From contig JBLKOJ010000002.1 in NCBI GenBank assembly GCA_047602745.1, positions 2,211-66,210 on the forward strand: a DNA stretch of 64,000 nucleotides, written 5' to 3'. The stretch's first letter is position 1; every line of letters starts with the position of its first letter. This document shows, piece after piece, positions 20,206 through 28,635 of this stretch. The DNA comes from Candidatus Woesearchaeota archaeon. Its GTDB lineage: Archaea > Nanobdellota > Nanobdellia > Woesearchaeales > UBA583. The notes beneath the pieces were generated by a model that saw nothing but the letters and a program-made list of their open reading frames with translations, ran no database searches and had not been told where the DNA came from. The position numbers and the translations under genes are program-made.

Positions 20206-20343
20206 ATTGAGTTTTTAAAAGTATCTACTAAGAAGAATAGAAAATAAACTAACTATATAGAAGTTGTATAAAGATTAGGAATAAAATTCTACTCCTCTAA
20301 AAGAGTATATTTAAAAATAACTAAGCATCTAAATTATATAGAA

Positions 20344-22428
20344 ATGAATGATGATAATAATGCTACGTTTGAATTTAATTCTTCTCCTATAAAACAAGAC
20401 TTTAATACTAAAGAGATGATTATTAAAACTACTGAATTTTTTGATGAATATAAAACTGAAGAAATTCAAGATATGAAACGAAAAGGATTTAATTTTTTAA
20501 AAGTTGATTTTTTTGAAGTATTAGAATTTGATATTGAACTTGCGGAGTATTTACTTGAATTTCCAAAAGATATAATCTCAATTTTTGAAATTAGTTTAAA
20601 AGATATGCTTCAAATCTCAAAAACTCCTCATATTTGGCTGAGTTCTCTTCCTGAAACTGAAAAAGTACTCATTCGTGATATCAGATCCGAGCATATTGGA
20701 AAACTTATCAAAGTTGAAGGAATTGTAAGAAGAAAAACAGATGTAAGACCACGACTATTACATATTGAATATTTATGTACTAATCCATCTTGTCCTTTTT
20801 GTGAAGAAAAGCTTAAAATTCCACAACTTGAAGACAAAGCACGAATGTTAAAAGCATGCCCCAAATGTAAAAGTCCAGTTGATTTAGTTCATAAAGAATT
20901 AGTTGATTCACAAAGTTTAGTTCTTGAAGAATTACCCGAACAATTAGAAAACTCAGCAGATCAACCTAAACGACTTAATATTTTACTCAAAGAAGATTTA
21001 GTGTCTCCATTTAAAGATTCTAAATCAAATCCTGGTTCTAAAGTATATGTAGTTGGATTTGTAAAAGAAATTCCTATTCCCACACGTACAGGAGGAGAGA
21101 GTGTAAATTTTGAACTGGTAATTGATGGTCTCTATATTGATTTAGTAGATGAGGATTATAGTGAGATTAATATTTCACCTGAAGAATTGGAACAAATTAA
21201 AGAACTTTCAAATAAAGAAAATGTTCGTGAAACGTTGACTAACAATTTTGCACCTTCAATTTATGGTTCTGAGAAAATCAAAGAGGCTATTTTACTTCAA
21301 CAATTTGGAGGAAGTATTAATATTAAATCAGATGGAGTTAAAACAAGAGGAGATATTCATATTTTACTCATTGGTGATCCTGGAGCTGCTAAATCACAAA
21401 TGTTGAAAGCCGCAACTCGTATTGCTCCAAAAGCAAGTTTTGTATCGGGAAAATCAGCTTCAGCAGCAGGACTTACAGCAACTGTGTTAAAAGATGATTT
21501 GACTAAAGGGTGGGCACTTGAAGCAGGAGCGATGGTCTTAGCCTCAGGAGGATTGTGTGCTATTGATGAGCTTGATAAAATGAGTGATGAAGATACTTCT
21601 GCAATGCACGAGGCTCTAGAGCAACAAACTATTTCAATTGCTAAAGCAAATATTCGAGCAACTCTGAGATGTGAGACTACAGTACTTGGTGCTGCAAATC
21701 CTAAACTGGGAAGATTTGACCCCTATGGAGATATTACTAAACAAATTAATTTTCCTCCCGCACTGTTGAGTAGATTTGATTTAATATTTATTCTTCAAGA
21801 TGAAGCAGACAAGAAAAGAGATGATTTAATTGCAAATCATATTCTACAAGCACATAAAGATAAAACTAGAACACAAACCGAACTTTCTGCTGAATTTTTA
21901 AAAAAGTATATTGCTCAGGCAAGAAAGTTAAATCCCCAATTAACACAAGAAGCAATCGTTTTAATTAAAGATTTTTATGTGAAAATTAGAAATGCCGGAA
22001 GTGGAGCAGAAGAAGGAAAAATGAAATCAGTACCTGTGACTGCAAGACAACTTGAAGCAATTGTTCGTTTAGGACAAGCGTATGCAAAAGTAAGACTTAA
22101 TGATAAGGTAACTGAGCAATATGCTCAAGAAGCAATTGATATGTTAATGTATTGTTTAGAAAAAATTGGTGTCGACCCTAAAACGGGAGAGATGGATATT
22201 GATAGAATTACTACAGGAGTTACTACATCAAGTAGAAATACATATAGACAAGTTTTACAAATAATTGATACACTTGAACAAGAGAGTCCTGAAATTACCT
22301 ATGATGCTATTGTTGAAATGGGAGATAAAAAAGGAATTTCTAAGGGAGAAGTTGATAAAATTATTAGTAAATTAAAAGCAGAAGGACTCATATTTGAGCC
22401 TCGTAAAAATTTATTTAAAAAATTATAA
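20344..22428 (+). CDS. mcm: MCM replicative helicase
   Basis: Zn finger CTNPSCPFC...CPKCKS, Walker A IHILLIGDPGAAKSQ, Walker B CAIDELDKM, arginine-finger region SRFDLIF, and a C-terminal winged helix. Confidence 0.95.
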   Translation: MNDDNNATFEFNSSPIKQDFNTKEMIIKTTEFFDEYKTEEIQDMKRKGFNFLKVDFFEVLEFDIELAEYLLEFPKDIISIFEISLKDMLQISKTPHIWLSSLPETEKVLIRDIRSEHIGKLIKVEGIVRRKTDVRPRLLHIEYLCTNPSCPFCEEKLKIPQLEDKARMLKACPKCKSPVDLVHKELVDSQSLVLEELPEQLENSADQPKRLNILLKEDLVSPFKDSKSNPGSKVYVVGFVKEIPIPTRTGGESVNFELVIDGLYIDLVDEDYSEINISPEELEQIKELSNKENVRETLTNNFAPSIYGSEKIKEAILLQQFGGSINIKSDGVKTRGDIHILLIGDPGAAKSQMLKAATRIAPKASFVSGKSASAAGLTATVLKDDLTKGWALEAGAMVLASGGLCAIDELDKMSDEDTSAMHEALEQQTISIAKANIRATLRCETTVLGAANPKLGRFDPYGDITKQINFPPALLSRFDLIFILQDEADKKRDDLIANHILQAHKDKTRTQTELSAEFLKKYIAQARKLNPQLTQEAIVLIKDFYVKIRNAGSGAEEGKMKSVPVTARQLEAIVRLGQAYAKVRLNDKVTEQYAQEAIDMLMYCLEKIGVDPKTGEMDIDRITTGVTTSSRNTYRQVLQIIDTLEQESPEITYDAIVEMGDKKGISKGEVDKIISKLKAEGLIFEPRKNLFKKL

Positions 22429-22582
22429 TCCCTTAAATGTATGAAATAACTAATCAAGTAAAAAATCAAATAAATAATAAAACTAACGATGAATCTTAAC
22501 ATAAACTTTCAAGTTATTTAAAAGAACTAATAGTATATACAAATACAAAATTACATGAATTTGTGTATAATTAACTATATAT

Positions 22583-22984
22583 ATGATTTCAAAAATTAGA
22601 GGAGAAGTTACCAATACTATTGGTAAAGTTATTTTTAATTTTAATATTATTGAGGAAAAAATCAATTCAATTCTTACACAATATTTTCAAATTTTAAAGG
22701 AGAAAGAAGATTTTTTTAAAACTCAATTCCTTAACAATTCAATTATTAATTTTAATTCTAAAATAAAAATTTTAAAACAAATTCTAGATAAATTAGAAAT
22801 CGAAAACTCTAAACATATTATCAAATTATTAGAAAATGCTAATGGGTATTGAAATATGTTTGCACATTGCACAGTAGAATTTGAACATGTAACAACTCAA
22901 AAAGACCCTCAAATTTATATGGAAGTTGGAATTATTAAACCAAAATTAAAAGGTTCGATGAATGCACAAGGAAAAGTAAGTGAT
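22583..22984 (+). pseudogene. HEPN-like (Rx4H) domain gene interrupted by an in-frame TGA at the expected catalytic Arg
   Basis: The ORF ends ...LLENANGY-TGA and the same frame continues NMFAHCTVEFEH... Reading TGA as Arg gives Y-R-N-M-F-A-H, a canonical HEPN RN..AH motif. The upstream helical part resembles HEPN/DUF4145-type proteins. Confidence 0.35.
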
Positions 22985-23107
22985 AAAGAATCTTTTAGTT
23001 TATAAAAAATTTAAAGAAAATGTACTTGAAGTAGAAAAAGAATTAGAAACGATTTTAAATCAATTAAGTTAAATTAAGTTTACAAAGTTATATGATATAA
23101 TTATATT

Positions 23108-23221
23108 ATGAAAGTTCAAGAAAAAGAAGAAAATTACAAAATTTCTAAAACCGCAAAAGAACATGTTAAAAAAATAATAAAAAGAAATCGCTCTCTTCTT
23201 ATAAGATTAAAAGATTTATAA
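23108..23221 (+). CDS. Small ORF (37 aa) directly upstream of the doc remnant; possible antitoxin
   Basis: Hand translation MKVQEKEENYKISKTAKEHVKKIIKRNRSLLIRLKDL. Its stop lies 9 nt before the doc-like ATG. Position is the only evidence. Confidence 0.3.
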   Translation: MKVQEKEENYKISKTAKEHVKKIIKRNRSLLIRLKDL

Positions 23222-23230
23222 TTTAATAAA

Positions 23231-23568
23231 ATGTAGATTAATTTTGAAGTATAAGACATTATCGAGATTCATGATGAAATTATAAGAGAATTTGGAGGAA
23301 ATGAAGGAATTGTTAGTATTTCTTCTCTTGATTTTACACTAGATTATGCTAAAACAAATACATATAATGATGATTTTTTCACAATACTTGCAAAATTTTA
23401 CAAGCTATTACAATTGATAATCTCTTTGTTGATGGAAATAAAAGAACAGGAATTGTAGTTATTGAAGCAATACTTGAAGATAATGGACTAATTTTATCTT
23501 TAGATGAAAAAATGAAAGAAGAGTTCATTTTAAATGTTGCTAAATTACACTATACTCTTGAAAATTAA
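23231..23568 (+). pseudogene. doc: Doc (death-on-curing, Fic/DOC family) toxin remnant
   Basis: Reads M-stop-INFEV-stop-DIIEIHDEIIREFGGNEGIVSISSLDFTLDYA...DDFFTILAKFY. After a frameshift it continues AITIDNLFVDGNKRTGIVVIEAILEDNGLIL. The Fic motif H.F.DGNKRT reads NLFVDGNKRTG, so the His is also lost. Confidence 0.7.
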
Positions 23569-23609
23569 AAAATATTTTTAGTTAAAAATATAGACAAATT
23601 TTAATATTT

Positions 23610-24209
23610 TCACATCTCCTCTAAATGCTTAGTACAATTTTCAAGAAGCATCTCTACTTTATCATGTGTAATTTTAAATTTATATACACTAGTATTTTTA
23701 GATTTAGATGAATTTGTAAAAAAATCTTCCTTTGATAACTGCTTAAATATGTATAGTAAAATTCTAATAGTTCCACCATGACTTACAATAACACAATTTT
23801 GCTCATTTTCTAAAATGGGAACTAGAAATTCTTCCACTCTTTTAACATGACCATAGAAATTTTCTCCTTGTGGTGGTTTTCTTAAAAATAAATCCTTTTC
23901 CTCTAAATCCTCGAATTTATGTTTTAATTTATCTTTTCCATGAAATTCTCCATGACTTCTCTCTCTAATTAATGTAGATGCTATGAATTCTTTATCTTGA
24001 TAAAACCTATAAATTGCTTTTGCTGTATCATATGCACGTTTTGAATCTGAAGTATAAATAATCTCAAAATCATTTATCCCTTTAAATCTTTGAGCTAACT
24101 TTTGAGCTTGTTCAAATCCTTCTTGAGTTAAATGAGTATCTAATTGGCCTTGATAGTAATTAGAAATATTAGCTTCACTTTGTCCATGCCGTACTAGATA
24201 GATAATCAT
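23610..24209 (-). CDS. Histidine phosphatase family protein (phosphoglycerate mutase-like), tandem paralog 1
   Basis: MIIYLVRHGQSEAN (RHG catalytic motif) and VIVSHGGTIR (second His). Confidence 0.8.
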   Translation of the reverse strand: MIIYLVRHGQSEANISNYYQGQLDTHLTQEGFEQAQKLAQRFKGINDFEIIYTSDSKRAYDTAKAIYRFYQDKEFIASTLIRERSHGEFHGKDKLKHKFEDLEEKDLFLRKPPQGENFYGHVKRVEEFLVPILENEQNCVIVSHGGTIRILLYIFKQLSKEDFFTNSSKSKNTSVYKFKITHDKVEMLLENCTKHLEEM

Positions 24210-24270
24210 ATTAAGAATTAATTAATAAGATAATATAAAAATTTGTAATTTATAATTTATAATCTACAAG

Positions 24271-24861
24271 TCACATCTCCTCTAAATGCTTAATACAATT
24301 GTGCAAATGAATCTTAACTTCTTCCTCTTTTAATTCTAGTTTATAAACTGCAGTATTTCCTGAAGTAATTTTAAATAAATCCTCCTCATTGTCAAATCCT
24401 TTGAGAAGGTATAATAACATTTTAATAGTAATTCCATGATTTACAATTACACAATTTTTACGCTTTTCTAATACCTCAACTACAAATTCTTCAACTCTTT
24501 TTAAGTGTGTTTCAAAACTATCTCCTCCTTTAACATCCCAATGGATTGGAAGACCTTCATATTTAAGTCGTCCAGTTTCAAAAGAAATATTTTCAAGTTC
24601 TCCAAAATTTTTTTCACGTATTTTTTCATCTATAATTAATTCTTTATCTTTATGAAATTGATGGATTGCTTTTGCTGTATCAAATGCTCTTTGCAAATCA
24701 GAAGTATACATAATTTCAAAATCATTAATTTGTTTAAACCTTTGAGCTAATTTTTGTGCTTGATACTTCCCTTCTTGCGTAAGGGGAGAATCTAAATGAC
24801 CAGCACTTCTTTTCTCAACGTTTGCAACACTCTGTCCATGTCTTACTAAATATATAATCAT
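24271..24861 (-). CDS. Histidine phosphatase family protein (phosphoglycerate mutase-like), tandem paralog 2
   Basis: MIIYLVRHGQSVAN and VIVNHGITIK. It shares the termini MIIYLVRHGQS and NC.KHLEEM with paralog 1. Confidence 0.8.
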   Translation of the reverse strand: MIIYLVRHGQSVANVEKRSAGHLDSPLTQEGKYQAQKLAQRFKQINDFEIMYTSDLQRAFDTAKAIHQFHKDKELIIDEKIREKNFGELENISFETGRLKYEGLPIHWDVKGGDSFETHLKRVEEFVVEVLEKRKNCVIVNHGITIKMLLYLLKGFDNEEDLFKITSGNTAVYKLELKEEEVKIHLHNCIKHLEEM

Positions 24862-24962
24862 ACTTTTACTACTACATACTTTTTAATAAGAGTTTGCATA
24901 TAAACTAAAAATTGAAAATTATATAAATTAAATTAAAACTAAATACAAAATAAACTACAAAA

Positions 24963-25496
24963 TTAATTTTTTACTATAAATCTTAAAGAAGCTCCATTAA
25001 TACACCATCTCTTACCTCCTTTCTCTTTTGGACCATCATCAAATACGTGTCCTAAATGTTCCCCATACTTAGATAATACTTCAACTCTTTTCATACCAAA
25101 TGTTCTATCTTCTTTTAATATAATATTATCTTCATTAATTACACTTGTAAAACTTGGCCAACCAGTTCCACTATCAAACTTATCTTTGCTAGAAAATACT
25201 TCGACTCCACATGCTTTTGTCACATACACTCCCTTTCTTTTTTCATCATTTAACTTACTTGTAAATGAGCGCTCAGTTTTACTTCTCCATATAACATTAT
25301 AACTTAATTCATCTAATATCTCACTTGTGAGCCAAATATCTTTAGCAATATCTTTACACATTTCAAGAGGAGTGTTTTCAATAATTTGTAGAGCTTCTTC
25401 TTTTGACATAGCATTTAGATTTAATTTTGAATCTGATTTTTCTTTATCCTCAAAGATTCGATTTTTAGATAGAAAATTATTAATTAGTGTAATCAT
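24963..25496 (-). CDS. msrB: Peptide-methionine (R)-S-oxide reductase MsrB (form lacking the zinc-binding cysteines)
   Basis: KFDSGTGWPSF, HLGHVFDDGP and RWCINGASLRF. The usual CxxC zinc-binding pairs are absent. Confidence 0.85.
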   Translation of the reverse strand: MITLINNFLSKNRIFEDKEKSDSKLNLNAMSKEEALQIIENTPLEMCKDIAKDIWLTSEILDELSYNVIWRSKTERSFTSKLNDEKRKGVYVTKACGVEVFSSKDKFDSGTGWPSFTSVINEDNIILKEDRTFGMKRVEVLSKYGEHLGHVFDDGPKEKGGKRWCINGASLRFIVKN

Positions 25497-25644
25497 AATA
25501 TATTAATTATTTGATAATTTAAATAATTATTTCATTTAATACTTAAATTTATTAATATTTATTTATCATAAAATATTATAAAAAAATTCTCAGATATCTC
25601 ATAAGTAACAAACATTTAAATAAAAAGGCTATTGCAGATGATAT

Positions 25645-26328
25645 ATGAGATATATTAAAATTTTACTTACATCTACAGTACTGATATTAATTATTACTCT
25701 ACTACTTCAAGGCTGCTCTTCAACGAACTCGACTAAAAAGGAAAAAAGTAGTATTTCATTTAATGAAATTAAAGAAGAGTTTAATGTAAGTGATGAATTT
25801 TCAACTGCTGTATTTAGTGGAGGATGCTTTTGGTGTGTTGAAAAAGATTTTGAAAAACTTGAAGGAGTAGTTGAAGCAATTTCAGGATACACCTCTAATT
25901 CCTCTCAAGATGAAGCTCCAACGTATCAACAAGTAGCATCAGGAAGTACTAATTTTAGAGAGAGTGTGCTTGTAATTTATGATTCAACAAAAATAAATTT
26001 TAAAGAATTAGTTGAATATTTTTTAATTCATCATGACCCAACAGACATGGGAGGAAGTTTCTATGATAGAGGATTTCAATATACAAGTGCAATTTATTAT
26101 CAGAATTCTAATCAAAAAAATATTGCTTTAAATGTGATTTCTGCATTTCAAGAAGAAAGAATTTACGAAGAACCAATTATAACAAGTGTTGAGGAACTTA
26201 CCAACTTTTATATGGCTGAAGAGTATCATCAAGATTACTATAAGAAAAATCCTCTTCAATACAGGGCATACAGATTTGCAAGTGGAAGAGATAGACATAT
26301 ATCATCAATAAAATCTAGAATTAAATGA
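25645..26328 (+). CDS. msrA: Peptide-methionine (S)-S-oxide reductase MsrA with a lipoprotein-type signal peptide
   Basis: FSGGCFWCVEKDF active site and EYHQDYY. The N-terminus LILIITLLLQGCSS looks like a lipobox. Confidence 0.9.
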   Translation: MRYIKILLTSTVLILIITLLLQGCSSTNSTKKEKSSISFNEIKEEFNVSDEFSTAVFSGGCFWCVEKDFEKLEGVVEAISGYTSNSSQDEAPTYQQVASGSTNFRESVLVIYDSTKINFKELVEYFLIHHDPTDMGGSFYDRGFQYTSAIYYQNSNQKNIALNVISAFQEERIYEEPIITSVEELTNFYMAEEYHQDYYKKNPLQYRAYRFASGRDRHISSIKSRIK

Positions 26329-26387
26329 ATAAACAAATAATACTTTTATTCTACTTCTACAAAATTCTACTCCTCTTAAGAAATACT

Positions 26388-26396
26388 TTTATAAAT
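26388..26396 (+). promoter_or_regulatory. TATA-box-like element TTTATAAAT, 24 nt upstream of the ATG at 26421
   Basis: Recurring motif and spacing. Confidence 0.45.
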
Positions 26397-26420
26397 CGTG
26401 TTTGTATTATTTAGAATAAT

Positions 26421-26825
26421 ATGGCTACACTAATTGCATTATTAAGTTCAGGTAAAGGAACTTGGGGACATGTAAATGCTCTTCTTCAAGTTGAAAAATG
26501 GGATAAAATTATTTTATTTTGTAATGACTTTGCATATAAAGAGTTTAATGTGAAAGGTACTCAAACATTAAAACTTCAAATTGATGAGAAAAAACCTCAA
26601 GAATATATTGAAAAAATTGCATCAATTCTAAGAAAAGAAGTAAATGATTTAGAAGTTGCTCTTAATTTAGTTTCTGGAACAGGATATGAGCACATGATAG
26701 TTTTAGGAGGAATAATTAGAGCAGGACTTGGATTTAGGCTAGTAGCATGTGAGCATAAAGAACTCATTGAATATAAATTGTACGAAACTCCTGAACTATT
26801 AGGAGAAGAATTCCTAGATGACTAA
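26421..26825 (+). CDS. Hypothetical 134-aa protein, possibly a stand-alone CARF-like Rossmann-fold domain
   Basis: ATLIALLSSGKGTW (beta1-loop), DKIILFCND and EVALNLVSGTGYEHMIVLGGIIRAG loosely follow the CARF pattern (lG.S, v.ll.t, nlTGGtK.m). The similarity is weak. Confidence 0.45.
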   Translation: MATLIALLSSGKGTWGHVNALLQVEKWDKIILFCNDFAYKEFNVKGTQTLKLQIDEKKPQEYIEKIASILRKEVNDLEVALNLVSGTGYEHMIVLGGIIRAGLGFRLVACEHKELIEYKLYETPELLGEEFLDD

Positions 26826-26850
26826 GTTTATATTAAAGTGTAGAGGTATA

Positions 26851-26859
26851 TTTATAAAT
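26851..26859 (+). promoter_or_regulatory. TATA-box-like element TTTATAAAT, 24 nt upstream of the lemA ATG
   Basis: Recurring motif and spacing. Confidence 0.45.
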
Positions 26860-26883
26860 AACCAAATATTTTGATAATTTAAA

Positions 26884-27444
26884 ATGGTAGCAATATGGAT
26901 TACAATAGCAGTAGTAGTAATTGTGTTATTATGGTTAATTTTATCCTATAACGCATTTGTAAGACTAAGAAATCAAGTTCAAAATTCTTGGGCTCAAATT
27001 GATGTTCAATTAAAAAGAAGAAATGATTTAATTCCTAATTTAATTAATACAGTTAAAGGATATGCAAAACATGAAAGGGAAACACTTGAGAGTGTAACAA
27101 ATGCAAGAACTCAAATGATGAATGCTCAGCAATCAGGAAGTACTGGAGATGTTGCTCAAGCAGATAATATGTTAGCAGGAGCATTAAAATCATTATTTGC
27201 TGTAGCAGAAGCGTATCCTGATTTAAAAGCAAATACAAATTTTTTACAATTACAAGAAGAATTAAGCGGAACAGAGAATAAAGTTGCAGCATCAAGGCAA
27301 TATTTTAATGATAGAGTAATGGAGTATAATACTAAAAGAGAATCATTTCCTGCAAATTTAATTGTTGGAATTTTTAACTTTGGTCCTAAAGAATTATATG
27401 AAATTCCTGAAGAAGAAAAAGCAGTTCCAAAAGTTGAATTCTAA
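26884..27444 (+). CDS. lemA: LemA family protein
   Basis: N-terminal TM segment, then YNAFVRLRNQVQNSWAQIDVQLKRRNDLIPNLINTVKGYAKHERETL, a typical LemA sequence. Confidence 0.9.
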   Translation: MVAIWITIAVVVIVLLWLILSYNAFVRLRNQVQNSWAQIDVQLKRRNDLIPNLINTVKGYAKHERETLESVTNARTQMMNAQQSGSTGDVAQADNMLAGALKSLFAVAEAYPDLKANTNFLQLQEELSGTENKVAASRQYFNDRVMEYNTKRESFPANLIVGIFNFGPKELYEIPEEEKAVPKVEF

Positions 27445-27500
27445 TCAACTTATTTTATTTTTACAATACGTTAAGATTATTTACTATAAATTAATTAAAA

Positions 27501-28454
27501 GTGTCATTAAATATTCATGAGGAAATAAGAAGGAATAGAATAAAATCAGTGTTTATTATTGGTTTATTTTTTGTATTTGTAGCTTTTCTAGGTGCAGCTG
27601 CAGGTACAATTCTCTCAATGAGTTATACTGGAGATGTATTTAATATTCAATCTATTTTAATATCAGTTGGAGTTGCCATGTTTATTTCTATAATTTATAT
27701 CTTAATTTTTATGGGAATTGGTTCTAACATGATCCTCTCCTCCACTGGTGCTAAAGAAGCTTCAAGAGAACATTATCCTCATTTATATCACTCAACTGAA
27801 GCACTCTCAATAGCTGCGGGACTGAGAACTCCTCCTAAATGTTATATCATTGAAGACCCATCACTTAATGCATATGCAACAGGATTTTCTCCTGAAAAAT
27901 CGTATGTTGTTGTAACAACTGGGCTAATTAAAAAACTCAATAGACAAGAACTTGAAGGAGTAATTGCTCATGAAATTGCACACATTAAAAATTATGATAT
28001 TAGAATTATGCTTCTAGCAGCAGGACTTGTAGGAGCAACAGTATTTATTGCTGATTTTTTATTTAGGATGTTTATTTTTGGAGGACACGGTGGTGGAGGA
28101 GGTGGAGGAAATAAAGATGGAAGAGTGATGATATTCATATTTGTATTTTATTTTGTACTTATCATCACTGCTCCTATTGTTGCTCAACTCATTAAACTTG
28201 CAATTTCACGAAGAAGAGAATATTTAGCTGACGCAACGGGTGCTCAACTTACGCGATATCCCGAAGGATTAGCATCTGCTTTAGAAAAAATTAAAGGAGA
28301 TCCTGACCCGATGATTGAAAGAGCAAATAATGCAACTGCGCACTTATTTATTTCAAATCCATTTAGAAAGAAAAAAGTAGGACTAAGTTCACTCTTCTCA
28401 ACTCACCCTCCAATAGAGGAGAGAATAGCTATTTTAAGAGGACAGAAGAAATAA
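27501..28454 (+). CDS. htpX: M48-family zinc metalloprotease HtpX
   Basis: HEIAHIKNYD (HExxH), four TM segments, a poly-Gly linker, and C-terminal LFSTHPPIEERIAIL. GTG start as in the ORF track. Confidence 0.85.
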   Translation: MSLNIHEEIRRNRIKSVFIIGLFFVFVAFLGAAAGTILSMSYTGDVFNIQSILISVGVAMFISIIYILIFMGIGSNMILSSTGAKEASREHYPHLYHSTEALSIAAGLRTPPKCYIIEDPSLNAYATGFSPEKSYVVVTTGLIKKLNRQELEGVIAHEIAHIKNYDIRIMLLAAGLVGATVFIADFLFRMFIFGGHGGGGGGGNKDGRVMIFIFVFYFVLIITAPIVAQLIKLAISRRREYLADATGAQLTRYPEGLASALEKIKGDPDPMIERANNATAHLFISNPFRKKKVGLSSLFSTHPPIEERIAILRGQKK

Positions 28455-28580
28455 TTATTACTCAAAAATATCTCATATTTTTGTTGGGATTAAAATCTTA
28501 AGGGACAAAAATAAGATTTTAACCTTCCAAGAATTTCTAATTGTTGTTAGGATTGCTATTTTAAAAGGACAAAAAAATAA
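28422..28580 (+). repeat. Degenerate tandem triplication (period about 63-64 bp) of the last codons of htpX
   Basis: 28422-28454 encodes RIAILRGQKK-stop. 28486-28515 would read GIKILRDKNK. 28549-28580 would read RIAILKGQKK-stop. Confidence 0.6.
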
Positions 28581-28603
28581 TAGTTTCTTTTTGGAAACTT
28601 TTC

Positions 28604-28612
28604 TTTATAAAT
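28604..28612 (+). promoter_or_regulatory. TATA-box-like element TTTATAAAT, 23 nt upstream of the ATG at 28636
   Basis: Recurring motif and spacing. Confidence 0.45.
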
Positions 28613-28635
28613 TATATACTTCTTAATATATATAC

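Noticed and set aside
22299-22665. Two small hydrophobic minus-strand ORFs (22299..22502 and 22483..22665) downstream of mcm.
   Set aside because: They overlap the mcm 3' end and the HEPN-like gene start. Their Ile/Leu/Tyr-rich translations are typical of AT-rich non-coding DNA, and they have no promoter element at the expected distance.
22850-22852. TGA reassignment (as in some candidate-phylum lineages) as the explanation for the in-frame TGA in the HEPN-like gene.
   Set aside because: TGA is used as a genuine terminator for well-conserved genes in the same window; msrA, for example, ends at 26326-26328 at the expected C-terminus. A nonsense mutation is the simpler reading.
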